Virus record (IMG/VR): IMGVR_UViG_3300005264_000040
Coordinates: 64,001 to 128,000 of that record
Length of the DNA: 64,000 nt
Strand: one strand, 5' to 3'
Source: a virus
Shown here piece by piece: positions 19,601 through 30,600 of this stretch; position 1 is the stretch's first letter, and every line of letters begins with the position of its first letter. Both the position numbers and the translations under genes were made by a program. Below the pieces are notes generated by a model. That model made no database searches, was not told the origin of the DNA, and worked only from the letters and a program-made list of their open reading frames with translations.

Positions 19601-20576
19601 TAGGGTTAGGACCTACTAAAGCATCTACTACTGAGATTTTATTTGTAGATGTATCATATAATAATAAAGGTATATAAGGCATTGAAGTAGATTTTATATC
19701 TCCTGCAATATCCCCAGCTGTCAAAGCTGTATATACAGGGCTTTTAGAACCCCACACATAATCAATGACGTGCATTGCTGTAATATCCATTTGAGATGGA
19801 TCTTCTGGCAAATATAATTGAAACCTAATTATTTTTGTAGTAATTAAAATATATTCGTAATGGTCATCGTCTATTTTTCTAATTGCTCTAAATCCGGATC
19901 TATTTTTCCCATTGTTTGTATAAAAATAAGTAGAAGAAACTTCTGAACCTGCGGGATAAATTGCTTGCAACGGAATGGGTGAATCAGTTGTGCTAGTAGC
20001 CCAATGAGCAAGACCATATTTTTCGTATTTATGGTTTCTGTATAAAATAAAATAATAATCATATACTGGATGTTTGAATAATTCATGTATTATTCCAGTT
20101 GTTGCATTATTATGAGTATAAATAGTAGAAGTATTGTCTAGTGCTCTTATCGTATAATATTTCCCAATATTAAGTGATCGAGATGTAATAGAATACCTTT
20201 CTACAACATCAAGACCTGCTTCTCTTGCTAACAAATTCCACAACATTATGTTAGCATAAGAAAGATCAGGTTGGGAGTTTGAACCTTGTGCGTGATAAAG
20301 TTCTTTTACGTGAAAATTATAATCTTTGTTATCTTCTAAATTCATCCAACCACAATAATAAAGAGTTTCGTCAGGATTAGTATAATTTAATGTTTGAGTC
20401 AAATTATTAGGTGTATTGTAAAAATTCAAAACAAAGGAATCTCCGGGATTTAGACATATAAAACTAGAAGCAAAATTAAACTTTAAATACCAATCATTGT
20501 GTGATGACAAAGATTTAAAAAAATGAAATTCGGTGCGAACTCTTTTATTGTTAATCCAAAACTCCAAGCCATACAT
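16680..20576 (-). CDS. Large fibre/receptor-binding-like virion protein, shared C-terminal module
   Basis: Y/N/I-rich beta-structured N-region; C-terminal ..LVIFYG...LIINDQLDGIE. Confidence 0.6.
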   Translation of the reverse strand: MYGLEFWINNKRVRTEFHFFKSLSSHNDWYLKFNFASSFICLNPGDSFVLNFYNTPNNLTQTLNYTNPDETLYYCGWMNLEDNKDYNFHVKELYHAQGSNSQPDLSYANIMLWNLLAREAGLDVVERYSITSRSLNIGKYYTIRALDNTSTIYTHNNATTGIIHELFKHPVYDYYFILYRNHKYEKYGLAHWATSTTDSPIPLQAIYPAGSEVSSTYFYTNNGKNRSGFRAIRKIDDDHYEYILITTKIIRFQLYLPEDPSQMDITAMHVIDYVWGSKSPVYTALTAGDIAGDIKSTSMPYIPLLLYDTSTNKISVVDALVGPNPTDGFVSFDIKAESTISNWPTYMLGAGYTGWRFSTNKYKFYLIATDGIHLYDLTTNPTSETVYPWPTQTTIDNISESSYYKRNNDILYLNWIVFGENIDIPTYIPIHSDSTNTLNCEVEIYELKGLKVSLKETQYINGDDNLAITNDFDLYYLAEANDKKYMYLLLRENNSGIDAIFGLYGLFVSKTDPNRKYFKLLDSIVKLTGDTSASKYLIELNQNNSSIRFKSTPYNFITPFVFFNPNTYEFFYSNSKYRLDPVNLEVTQIGSNYSNIPSLFFKDPSNYNVIYNPISKYIYDPETDTVNSIGFPTHVNDFGYSGAQGYMFFRPLDTLIYDNKVYSNVLIVGAMVKDYEQGKYGLLLIYYDLDTFSTITHKEIIFYNRFSIDDFTFLFNYSIHYCYINSPNTFRAIKAASNSSLDSNLKIIYEEYFSLDPNVSDTLVRTYLDNSTPYNYYYDFFNISTNSKYFVGKQNNYITFLKHVDEPEKRLIQEDTFLEVQKRDYTLALTSSFKLARTGRFLNPAFNVLGLRNDTNNLTEGLLYFNSKQFLNNPTFTNRTLRNINALVWVLPQVFIGSTVFQHSVAPKTEPIHINAIYKLLSREPEPIFIDDVEIAQYPTENNNKLLECEIVPSTLTEENEIDSYVVVYYIQLQKLNIDPVFSKALQYSDTDVRIVSALHNLQHYQLFIENKVTQYDISSNFIDMNLVSYSLPIKRVLKGYKKDVALFEKELNAILMQLLSLSLNIDIQFVIAHKNYFSLKSEISQYNINSANIKANTKMQSTALQLYIHNELSQYKKLIESFDINIKRFSRYQLILLGYKKDCSKTRKDIYTNIANVGFDEKKFTMLFELKNVVRIQNALTCSVSQEVFRFPVTIVENTTNSIVKNILLDGRGNISIAPKELVIFYGWRSEFINDYLYLWDSIKKDFNMDLVKNGLLSLRFTYAKLIINDQLDGIEIEYQEENNTFRKVTQKRFPYL

Positions 20577-20579
20577 AAA

Positions 20580-22121
20580 TTACCACCACCTTACTTCTTT
20601 CGAATCGCGACTATCATTATAAAAGATTGTGGTTTTTCCGTAATAAATATCTAAAACACCCTCGGGATTTCGAGTATATTTTTTTTCATTATTCACATAG
20701 ACATTTCTTACAAAATTCTTCACGCTCCACATCTTTTCAAGATGTTTTGCATGACCGTATATAATCAAAGGTTTATTCGGTTCTAGTGTAGGAAATTCTT
20801 GATTATTTACTTCTAAATTTTTCAATATTCTTCCACTAATATTCAATATTGTAGTTGAGTCTATCATTTGTTCTTGTGAAACTGATACTTTTATATATTT
20901 TTTGTCTTCAGTTATAATAGATATTTTTTCTAACAAAACCTGTATTTGCATTAATCGAATTAATGTTGTTTGTGATGTTATGAATAACGAAGAACCCATA
21001 TCTTCTTTTATTACACTGATTTCTAAGAATTTGCTTGTAAAAATCGAATTAGCATTTATTTCGGCTTCTATATTTTTGCTTTTTTCCCTTTTGACAGTAC
21101 TTATAGCATTTATGTTGAGATTTAGAATATTGTGTATTAAAGTATTTGAAATAAGAAAAGATTGAGCATTTTCAGGTGAAGCTAAAGATCCACCTATATT
21201 CATAGAATCAATTATGTTTTTGCTCATAAAAGAATCTAAAAAAATTGATTTGCTTACATGTACATTAAACTGCGAATGTAAAACTCGATTCACTTTGTCA
21301 TAAATTATTATTATTTCTTTATCTATATCATGTATAACATAAATTATTTTGTCACTGTATATAGAACTTCCAATCTTATCTGTATTGTTAAATCTATACA
21401 TATTTATATTTTCAGCATCTGTTAAAGCAACAATAACAGAATCAACTTCCTCATAATCTACACTTATATATGCTCCTTCATTATTTTGTTGAAAAGTGCA
21501 TTTAATCAATTTGAAAATCAAATTAGTTCCTTGAGTATGTTTCACTATTTGCCAAATAGAAGTCGTCGTAATAGAACCTGAAGTAACACCTTTTGCTTCA
21601 AAAGAGCGTTCATCTAAATCTACAGTTTCTGGTAAAGTATATCTCATAGTTGCTAGGTTATAATGCACATATTGTCCTAAATCAAAATTGGAAGTTATTT
21701 CTACAGGATTATTTTGTTCTATTCGAGCTGTTTTCCATAAAGAATAATTAGTTTTATCAAAATATGTAACAATTAATGAATTAAAAATATTCATTGAATA
21801 GTGCAATGTAGAAATAACATCTTTAAAGTAAGGATCTGCAAAATTTGATATAGTTACATATTTTATTTTTCCGTATGTAGAAGGATCATAAGTTATATAC
21901 AAAATTTGATTAGGATGAGATTGAATGTTCAAATAAGTTATATCTTTTATATCAATAACTTCTTCGGTAGAAGTTAGCATTTCCAATGTGACTGAATAAG
22001 GATTATAATTTATATTCGGAATTTTAAAAAAACTATAATAAGAAGTCGAGCTACCTTTGATTGAATTATGAACATAATAAACTTGATCTCCATATGAAGA
22101 TGAAATAGTTATTCTAAACAT
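20580..22121 (-). CDS. Fibre-like virion protein, shared C-terminal module
   Basis: C-terminal LEPNKPLIIYG...NPEGVLDI...YNDSRDSKE. Confidence 0.6.
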   Translation of the reverse strand: MFRITISSSYGDQVYYVHNSIKGSSTSYYSFFKIPNINYNPYSVTLEMLTSTEEVIDIKDITYLNIQSHPNQILYITYDPSTYGKIKYVTISNFADPYFKDVISTLHYSMNIFNSLIVTYFDKTNYSLWKTARIEQNNPVEITSNFDLGQYVHYNLATMRYTLPETVDLDERSFEAKGVTSGSITTTSIWQIVKHTQGTNLIFKLIKCTFQQNNEGAYISVDYEEVDSVIVALTDAENINMYRFNNTDKIGSSIYSDKIIYVIHDIDKEIIIIYDKVNRVLHSQFNVHVSKSIFLDSFMSKNIIDSMNIGGSLASPENAQSFLISNTLIHNILNLNINAISTVKREKSKNIEAEINANSIFTSKFLEISVIKEDMGSSLFITSQTTLIRLMQIQVLLEKISIITEDKKYIKVSVSQEQMIDSTTILNISGRILKNLEVNNQEFPTLEPNKPLIIYGHAKHLEKMWSVKNFVRNVYVNNEKKYTRNPEGVLDIYYGKTTIFYNDSRDSKEVRWW

Positions 22122-22142
22122 ATTACAAGCTCCTTTCGCAGG

Positions 22143-25100
22143 CTATTTGATTAATTGCTCAAATTGCCATTTGTCTAATATATTTATGGTTTTTATTTTG
22201 TTTTCCTTCAAATCGCGATAATCATTTAGCACTATTGTTTTTTGAACATCATATATATCTAAAGAACCTTCTGCATTCATTACATTTTTTATTCCATTTT
22301 TACTATAATAGTTTCGTATCCAAAATCTATCTTTTAATTCTTGATAGATTTCAAAGTATTCATCTAAAAAATAAAATGCACTATCTTTAGGTAATACTTT
22401 TATATGTGGCAAATTATATATAGGTTTTCCGCTTATATTAACAACTAGCTTTAAATCTATCAAAATAGCTTTGCAAATTTCTACTTCTATTTTTCTAAAA
22501 GACTGAACAAATAAAAACTGAATCCCTCCACAATTTTCCAATTTGACAGGGGGACAACTATCTTCTGTCGCGTATTGAGATACGAATATATCTGTATAAA
22601 TAGGAGGACAATTGTCTTCTGTTGCATGCTGTAGTACATACACATCAAAGTTTATAGAAGGATGTACGTATTGCATTAAATCAGCGAATTCTATATCAAT
22701 AGGAGGACAATTATCTTCTGTTGCATGCTGAATTAAATTAGCAAACTCAATGCTAATCGGAGGACAGTTTTCTTCTGTTGCATATTGCATCAAATCTGAA
22801 AATGTAAAACGCACAGGTTCTTTTGTATTGAATACTGAATATTGCGATATTCGAATATCCATATCAATAGGAGGACAACTATCTTCGTCTTGTGTTGCAT
22901 ATTGCAATAAATTCAAAGTAAGATATTTTGAAACATCAGTATAAGGCATTTTATAATCTTTATTTGTATATTCTAAAACAGTGCATTTAATTGTATTTTT
23001 AGGTTTAATTTCGAAAGGAGTTTTTTCAATATCTACATATTGAGTTAAATTAGCAAACTCTATATCAATAGGGGGACAACTGTCTTCGTCTTCTGTTGCG
23101 TATTGCATTAAATCAGCAAACTCTATATCAATAGGAGGACAACTATCTTCGTCTTGTGTTGCATATTGCATTAAATCAGCAAACTCTATATCAATAGGAG
23201 GGCAACTGTCTTCGTCTTCTGTCGCGTATTGCGTTAAATTAGCGAATTCAATATCAATAGGAGGACAACTGTCTTCATCTTCTGTTGCATATTGAGTTAA
23301 ATCAGCGAATTCAATATCAATAGGAGGACAACTGTCTTCATCTTCTGTTGCATATTGTAATAGAGTAACAGGTTTAACATCAATAGGGGGGCAACTATCC
23401 TCATCTTGTGTTGCGTATTGCATTAGATTTGCAAACTCTATATCAATAGGAGGACAGCTATCTTCGTCTTGTGTTGCATATTGTAATAGAGTAACAGGTT
23501 TAACATCAATAGGGGGGCAACTATCCTCATCTTGTGTTGCGTATTGCATTAGATTTGCAAAAGTTATAAATTTAGAAACATCAGTATAGGGCATATGATA
23601 ATCTTTATTTGTATATTCTATTATGACACATTTAATTGAATTGTGGGGCCTTTTATCTAAAGGTGTCTTTTCTTCATCTATATATTGAATAAGATCTGCC
23701 AAGTCTATTTTGTGACTTTCTTTTTTATGATAAATTTTACGTTCCCACTGACACTCGATTGATGCATGAGGTCTTTTGTCTAAAGGTGTTTTCTCTTCAT
23801 CTATATATTGCATCAAATCTGGAAATTCTATTTTCTTTTCTTTTTTTATATGATAAATAATAGGTTCATAAACACATTCAATTGGAATACCAGGCCTTGT
23901 TACTTTATGAAGAACAGTCTGATAAAGATCAAACATATATATAGAACGGTTTGTATCTTCTCCATAACTCGCAACAACAAAAGAAGGGCCTGCTTGGTTT
24001 GTATATCTTTTTGTGAAAACACTTAAATATTTCGCATTTATTATATTTAAATCATAAAATAAATGTATCGGATACACTATATCTGGATATCCGTAGAAAA
24101 TATTCGTTTCATCATGATGATCGGGAATTTTTATTATATAAACTCTTTCATCTATTGTACTATTAGCTATAATAAAATATCCATATATATCAACTGTATA
24201 ATAGCTAAAATCAAAGTTTTCTATATCAGGTATTTTTGTTTGTAAAATGTCTGATATATATCCTACGTGATAAAAAAACTTTTCTAATCCTCCATTATTA
24301 TCTATTGAAAATTTAATTTGTTTAGTGTGTAAGGTATATATGGAATGGGTAGAACTAGGATATTTTGCATAATAAGTTAATCTTCCAAGATAAGAGTTAA
24401 AACGAACAGGATTGCTGGTATTAAACATCCCATTCAAACTTTCTCTTATACCTTGCCCATCTTTAGGATATAAAAGATAATATTGAAAGTTATGATCTTC
24501 TACATTATATTTCATGTTTGCAATTTCTATAAAATAGTAATCCGGAATATCTATTGGAGTTGTGCTACCATTATAATTTTCCTTGATTAAAACAAGGTTT
24601 TGAACACCGCCTGTCCATATAAACCATTGATATGGTTTTGCTTTTGATTGCAAAACCATAACAGGTAAATAAAGAGGTTCGTTTCTATATTCTACATTAT
24701 TAGTAATATCTTTTATATAAACAGTATAAAAATCATCATTTGCAGTATATTGAACATATGTACTGTAGCCTATTACGCCTTGAGATATATCAAAAGCGGA
24801 AGAATCAGGAAGATCTGCATATTGTATATTTTGATTTACCAAATCCAAAAGAAGAATTTTATTTTGACTTCTACTTAAAACCATTACATAACCATTAAAA
24901 GGCCAAATATCATTTCTATCATCTAACCACGTATCGTCTGGAGTAACAAAAAGAGAACCTTCGCCTATTGGATCCACGCCTCTTCTTCCATATTTTATAA
25001 TAGCATTAGTTGGTTCCATAGCAGTCATTATCCACCAGTCTTCCAACAAATAAGTTCTATGCAATCTGAAAGGTACTAAATTACTAGCATTTGGATCATT

Positions 25101-25475
25101 ATATACATATATTCTGCTAAAACTTCGATTATCTATATCGAATTTTACTAAATAACAATGTTGAACTGTTTGATAATAATCGGAAAAACCTACTCTCCCT
25201 ATATATATATCTTTATTTTCTCTATCATAAATAGCACGTCTTGTATAATTTCCGCTTGAACCATTTGGCATAGTATAAGTATGAACGGATATAATTGAAT
25301 AATCATATCCTACCAGAGTTATTCTTAAATTCTGATAATAAGTTTCTACTATAGCAAACTTAATCGTTTCATCTATATTATGAATATAATCAATAGTACT
25401 TGTGATATTATATGTTTCTTCTATATTTATATTTACTTTATTCACTACAAAAGTATAACTTGTCACATCGCTCAT
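22143..25475 (-). CDS. Fibre-like virion protein with acidic Cys-Pro-Pro tandem repeats and shared C-terminal module
   Basis: Propeller-like N-region similar to 25549..27591; repeat shaft; ..NAEGSLDI...LNDYRDLKE. Confidence 0.65.
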   Translation of the reverse strand: MSDVTSYTFVVNKVNINIEETYNITSTIDYIHNIDETIKFAIVETYYQNLRITLVGYDYSIISVHTYTMPNGSSGNYTRRAIYDRENKDIYIGRVGFSDYYQTVQHCYLVKFDIDNRSFSRIYVYNDPNASNLVPFRLHRTYLLEDWWIMTAMEPTNAIIKYGRRGVDPIGEGSLFVTPDDTWLDDRNDIWPFNGYVMVLSRSQNKILLLDLVNQNIQYADLPDSSAFDISQGVIGYSTYVQYTANDDFYTVYIKDITNNVEYRNEPLYLPVMVLQSKAKPYQWFIWTGGVQNLVLIKENYNGSTTPIDIPDYYFIEIANMKYNVEDHNFQYYLLYPKDGQGIRESLNGMFNTSNPVRFNSYLGRLTYYAKYPSSTHSIYTLHTKQIKFSIDNNGGLEKFFYHVGYISDILQTKIPDIENFDFSYYTVDIYGYFIIANSTIDERVYIIKIPDHHDETNIFYGYPDIVYPIHLFYDLNIINAKYLSVFTKRYTNQAGPSFVVASYGEDTNRSIYMFDLYQTVLHKVTRPGIPIECVYEPIIYHIKKEKKIEFPDLMQYIDEEKTPLDKRPHASIECQWERKIYHKKESHKIDLADLIQYIDEEKTPLDKRPHNSIKCVIIEYTNKDYHMPYTDVSKFITFANLMQYATQDEDSCPPIDVKPVTLLQYATQDEDSCPPIDIEFANLMQYATQDEDSCPPIDVKPVTLLQYATEDEDSCPPIDIEFADLTQYATEDEDSCPPIDIEFANLTQYATEDEDSCPPIDIEFADLMQYATQDEDSCPPIDIEFADLMQYATEDEDSCPPIDIEFANLTQYVDIEKTPFEIKPKNTIKCTVLEYTNKDYKMPYTDVSKYLTLNLLQYATQDEDSCPPIDMDIRISQYSVFNTKEPVRFTFSDLMQYATEENCPPISIEFANLIQHATEDNCPPIDIEFADLMQYVHPSINFDVYVLQHATEDNCPPIYTDIFVSQYATEDSCPPVKLENCGGIQFLFVQSFRKIEVEICKAILIDLKLVVNISGKPIYNLPHIKVLPKDSAFYFLDEYFEIYQELKDRFWIRNYYSKNGIKNVMNAEGSLDIYDVQKTIVLNDYRDLKENKIKTINILDKWQFEQLIK
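22545..23830 (-). repeat. Coding tandem repeats, 63 bp / 21 aa unit QYAT(E/Q)DEDSCPPID(IEFA(D/N)L(M/T)|VKPVTLL)
   Basis: 8 contiguous + 1 separated full units, 4 shorter CPP units, and duplicated QYIDEEKTP and KDY.MPYTDVSK blocks. Confidence 0.95.
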
Positions 25476-25507
25476 TTTATATCCACCCCTGTCTTTATAT
25501 CCTTCTT

Positions 25508-25516
25508 ATTATAACA
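25508..25516 (-). promoter_or_regulatory. Extended -10 promoter TGTTATAAT
   Basis: 33 nt upstream of start 25475. Confidence 0.6.
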
Positions 25517-25548
25517 TCTTCACTCATAAAAATGCCAATAAACAATTT

Positions 25549-27591
25549 TTATTCTTCAAAAAGTGCAGAAGGCATATCCTTGTCATATGCAATTTCTTTT
25601 GAATCTCTACTATCATTTAATATTGGAGCATAATCCCGCATATATTGAATATCTACTAAACCGTCAGGATTGTATGTATATTTTTTTCTATCTTCTAGAT
25701 AAATATGTCTAACTAAATTGTCTTTTGCGAGTTCTTTTTCTAATTTTTGTAATCGGCCCAAAACTTTTATACATTCATGTGGCTTTAAAGTTTTTATTTG
25801 TCTATTTTTATAAGTTAGATTGGATAAAATCTTATCCGATGCATTAATTAATAAAGTATAATCTGTTTTTCTGTCGGTAGCAACATACATTTCTATTGTA
25901 GCTTTCTTTTGATTTTCTAAATAATTAACAAAACTTTTCAGGAACAAAGGAGATGTTTTTGTTTTTCTATTTATAAAACTATTTAATTCTTTTTTTGAAA
26001 TATTATTAGTTAAAAATACATTGCTATTTATAAACAAACTTAAATTGTCATCAAAAGATGCAACATTTGCTAGTATATTTTTATTTCTTTTCAAACCTAA
26101 AAGCTGTACATTTGCAAATATATCTTTTATATTAAGTTCAGTTAATGCCAATCTATTAAATTTAAAACGATAATAACTGTATTCTGCAGAATTATTATAA
26201 GTCGCTTGATCAATAAAATACTGTAGTTCCCAATTCTGATCGTAAATAGCTTGAAGAGCAGCATGCCTAAAATTATTTCCGTATTCTGCGTTTATATCTT
26301 GATAATATAGAGAAGAACCTGACAATGCAATAGCTTCCATATTTATCGTATTATAAGCAGTATCCCTTACTATTATAGCGGGAAAAGGATCCAAAGTAGT
26401 GAAGATTGCTGGCGCTTGATATGTATTTACTAAAGGAACATTGCCTTTGTATTCAAAATCAACAGAAAATGTAGCATCTTCATTAACGTTTAATAGAATA
26501 GAACTAAGAATTTGAATGCTGTTTGTTGCGGAATCATATTTAGTTATTATTTTTTCTTGAGGATAAAAATAAGGTTTATATTCTGAAAAATTGTATTCTT
26601 GATAATATACATTTTCCCTAAAGATAGCTTTAGCAATAGGAAAACTTTTATATTTCATATTGAGAGGAGTTTTGCTTCTAGTATCAGCATTGTATAAATC
26701 GTAATTATAATCTTCCAAAAATACAATATATCCGTGCAAAACAGAATTTGAATCACTAGTTGTATTAGAATAAATTACTGCTGTTTTAACAGTTATTGTT
26801 TTTGTATATTCATTTGTATCTTTGTTGTAAAAAAATAAAATAGGGTCATTGAGTTCTAAGGTGAATTCTTTAAAGAAACCGTTTAAACTAAAACTAACTG
26901 TTTCATCCCAAATTAAGTCTGGTAAAGGATAATTTTGTATTGTTCTTTCTTTTAAATCCACAATATGCATAGTATTTTCTTTATCTATATTTATATATTT
27001 TATTTTGTAAAAGTTATTTTTATCTAAATAGGTAATAGGGATCCCTTGATTTTTTTTAAATAATTGGTTTGGAAGAACAAAAGTCCAATCACTCCTGTCA
27101 TTCTCTAAATCTGATATATTTTCACTATACATAAATGGCGTAGAACTAGAAGAACCGTCAAAAGGGACCAAAAGCCATTCTCCATTTTTAAACATATACA
27201 GATTTCTAGCTGGATAATTTGTATAGATTTTACTTGTTGTTATTTCACCCACTGTTCCATCATCTAAGAGTGGAATTTTTATCAATACATCATTTACACA
27301 TGTATTGTATGAATCTGTTAAGCCTAAAAATATGGTATAAAAAGAACGAGATTGAGGATTGTACCACCCGTTATAATTATAAGTGCCTGACCCTGCAGTT
27401 GGCATTCTCTTATGTTTTTGTTGTATTTGATTAAAATTTTCATCATATACTTTTACATAGAAATCATAATAAGAAGAATAAAGCCAAATTTTATTTCCTT
27501 GTAAAAAATCAAAATTATCTAACCATCTTGATGTAGAACTGGGAACTGCAGTATTTTTCTTGTTTTCTATTTTTAAAATTTTAATATCCAT
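25549..27591 (-). CDS. Fibre-like virion protein, shared C-terminal module
   Basis: C-terminal LKPHECIKVLG...NPDGLVDI...LNDSRDSKE; SD AGGAGG. Confidence 0.6.
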   Translation of the reverse strand: MDIKILKIENKKNTAVPSSTSRWLDNFDFLQGNKIWLYSSYYDFYVKVYDENFNQIQQKHKRMPTAGSGTYNYNGWYNPQSRSFYTIFLGLTDSYNTCVNDVLIKIPLLDDGTVGEITTSKIYTNYPARNLYMFKNGEWLLVPFDGSSSSTPFMYSENISDLENDRSDWTFVLPNQLFKKNQGIPITYLDKNNFYKIKYINIDKENTMHIVDLKERTIQNYPLPDLIWDETVSFSLNGFFKEFTLELNDPILFFYNKDTNEYTKTITVKTAVIYSNTTSDSNSVLHGYIVFLEDYNYDLYNADTRSKTPLNMKYKSFPIAKAIFRENVYYQEYNFSEYKPYFYPQEKIITKYDSATNSIQILSSILLNVNEDATFSVDFEYKGNVPLVNTYQAPAIFTTLDPFPAIIVRDTAYNTINMEAIALSGSSLYYQDINAEYGNNFRHAALQAIYDQNWELQYFIDQATYNNSAEYSYYRFKFNRLALTELNIKDIFANVQLLGLKRNKNILANVASFDDNLSLFINSNVFLTNNISKKELNSFINRKTKTSPLFLKSFVNYLENQKKATIEMYVATDRKTDYTLLINASDKILSNLTYKNRQIKTLKPHECIKVLGRLQKLEKELAKDNLVRHIYLEDRKKYTYNPDGLVDIQYMRDYAPILNDSRDSKEIAYDKDMPSALFEE

Positions 27592-27614
27592 TCTATTCGA
27601 CCTCCTTTTTTAGT

Positions 27615-27623
27615 ATTATATCA
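27615..27623 (-). promoter_or_regulatory. Extended -10 promoter TGATATAAT
   Basis: 24 nt upstream of start 27591. Confidence 0.6.
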
Positions 27624-27653
27624 TTTAAAATTTATATGATGCTATTAAAAAAA

Positions 27654-27677
27654 AATTCGGGATATACATCCCGAATT
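27654..27677 (-). terminator. Intrinsic terminator after RNAP gene
   Basis: AATTCGGGAT-loop-ATCCCGAATT followed by a U-run on the minus strand. Confidence 0.8.
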
Positions 27678-30600
27678 AGTACTTTCCTTTTTCGCCTTTC
27701 CCAAAAGTAACACCTCTTGCCCATTGAGCTATTGGTGAATAACTATGTTTCTTTGTTTTTGCACCTGTCATAGCTGAATGAGGAACAGTTTGTCTTAAAT
27801 ACCTAAAACTCATTCTATGTTCAAAATCATCTGCAATTGTAGGTTGTTTTGCTGAACCTAGTAATAAATTCTTGTATTTTATCTTATCGTTATAAACAGT
27901 AACTTTTTTTATACCTGCTTTTTCTAATTCTTCTTTTATATCTTCATCTATTAAAGTTCCTTTTGAAATATGAGCTGTGTCATCATATAATCTATGTCCT
28001 ATTGCATCTTTTAAAGGGACTGTCATAGAAGAATCTCTATTTAAAGAATCGATATAATTCCAATTTACGACATCTCCTGTTTTTAATTTATGTTCATAAG
28101 GTCCTGGATCCACTACTACAGCTTTATCAGTAACAGATCTTACAATAGTTTCCGTTACTTGAGGATTCATCTTTTTATCTATTTGGTTATATACAATATC
28201 ATTTAATTCATTGAGCATTGCTTTTTGTGCTTCAGGCACACCTCTTAATCTTGCTAATTGTTTGTGAGGCAAAATACCATGGGACAGTTTGTCTCCTTTT
28301 TTTACAAATTGTCCTTCCTTCACAACTAATCCTAAACGTTTAGGGATTTTGTGTATTTTATCTTTGATTTTCACTTCATAAACTGAAGATTTTTCTACAA
28401 TTTTTTCAACTTTTCCACTACGTTCTGCAAGTTTTGCAAAATTAGGATTACTTTCAGGCATTCTTAATAATGTAGAAACTTGTGTAAATACATCCCCTAT
28501 ATTTTCATTTCCTGCTCCTACTACACTACCGGAATGAAACAATGACATAGAGGTTTGAGCTAAAGGTTCTGTTACAGCTTGTCCTGATTTTATCCCTATA
28601 TTTTCTCCTATTTCAGGTAATTTATAACTTTCATCAATACCAAAAGATTTAGCCGCTATTCCTTCAGGTAATGTTGATGTTAAAGGGGATTTTATGTATA
28701 TAGACGTTATTCCGCTTTGTTTTAAATCTTTAATCATTTCAGCGGTTACTTCTTCGCCTTTTTTATATTCTGTTTTCTTACCTTTTATATTTTGAGCTAA
28801 AAACCTTCCTATATATTTTTCATCTACATTTACTTTTAAACCTGGATCTTTGTCATCATCTTTATCAGCAACAACTAAGGTCATTAAAGATTCTAATAAT
28901 TCTTTGTTCAAAGCTCCAGGTTCAGAAACCATAGATTTTCTTGCAATCATACCAGAACGAGCACCATACCCTACACTTAAATATTCAGCAGGAGTTAAAC
29001 CTTCTGCGAAACTTCTTTTTACTACAATTGGTGCAGGTTTTCCTTTTGCGTCCTGAACTAATAAAGGAGTAGCTGCAATTTGCCTTATTTGTCCAATACT
29101 TCCTTTTGCTCCTGACATCGACATGTTGTATAATCCATTCTCCTTATATTTTTTAGAACGTTTATCTTCAAGGGATTTATCTAATTTCTTTTGTAAATCC
29201 ATAGCTTTTTCTATTTTTTGTTTATAAGGAAGTTGATTTATTTTATCCACTTCTTCTTTGATTTTTTTGACATCATCATCTTCTTCTTTAATATCATCAA
29301 TACCTACACTTAATCCAATTCTTGTAATTGCGAATCTTCCTACATCTTTCCAAGTTGAGAATATTCTATTTATCTCTTCTCCTAATAAACGCCCTTTGGA
29401 TTTTTCAATAGCTAATTCATTAGCTAATTGTTGAATCATTTTTTTGTTCCATGTAGAATTTTTATTTGGTTCTATATATTTTCTGTAGAATTCTCTTTTA
29501 AGATTTTCATCTTGGATAGTTAATAAAACATCCATAATCAAATGCCTTCCTGCAGTTGCACTATACCTGTATCTCGGATCTACTCCTAATATTTCCACTG
29601 TATCATTCCATTTTATTTGGTTATTTAAAAATCTATCATACAATTCATCATAACTTTTTACCATTATTTTTCTTCCTGGTTTTTCTGGTGGTTCTGTCAC
29701 TCTAAATATTCCATTTAAATATTCCATTGAAGGCAAATGCATTATTTGTTTTGTTCCAGGTTTTAAAAGATTATTAGAAGGCAACATTTTAAATGCTTCT
29801 TTTCTTGCTTCTTCAGTAACCGGAACATGAATTCCCATCGTATCACCATCAAAATCAGCATTAAAGCCTTTTACAACCAATGGATTAAGTTGAACAGCTT
29901 TCCCTTCTATAAGTCTTGGCTTAAAAGATAATATAGAAAATTTGTGTAATGAAGGCGCTCTATTTAACATTATAGGACGTTTTTTCATTTCTTCTTGTAC
30001 AATATCCCAAACCATATCATTAGGATCTTTCAATAATTCAGTAATTCTTTTATTGTCATATCCCATTTTTTTGAGTTCTTTCTTTATAAATGGTTTGTAA
30101 AGATTCAAAGCAACGGGTTTAGGAATACCAGCTTCATCTAATTCTAAATCAGCACCCGGTTCTATTAATCCTGTTCCTGAAAGTTCTTGCCTTTTCTTCA
30201 CTACTTTTGACTGAAAATATCCAGATTTAGGAGATTTACCTGGAGCACCTGCCACATAATGTAGAGCTCCGGCTGGTTCTTCTTGTTTGCTGTTTTTCAT
30301 AGGAGGATTACTTCCAACAACAGCTCCTACAGCTTCCAATAATTTTTGTCTATATTTTGCTGCACGTTTAGGGGATAAATTATCTTTCATTTCTTTGAAA
30401 CGTTGGTTTAAATTAATCAAATCTTGATATACATAATTTATTTGAGAAACTCTTACATCTGATTTATCGGTGGGAGAAGGATACACCGGCCTAAATTTTG
30501 GTGGGATTACTGGGATTTTAGAAATAACTAAATCTTCAGGTTTTAATTTATTTTCCTTCAACATTTTTAACATTTGCACTTTTCTTAAAGCTTTGTCAAG

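Noticed and set aside
22545-23830. 63-bp repeats as a CRISPR array
   Set aside because: Contiguous in-frame coding repeats with no unique spacers; no cas genes
22545-23830. Repeat variation as a diversity-generating retroelement TR/VR pair
   Set aside because: Differences are mostly synonymous transitions within one ORF; no reverse transcriptase or avd in the window
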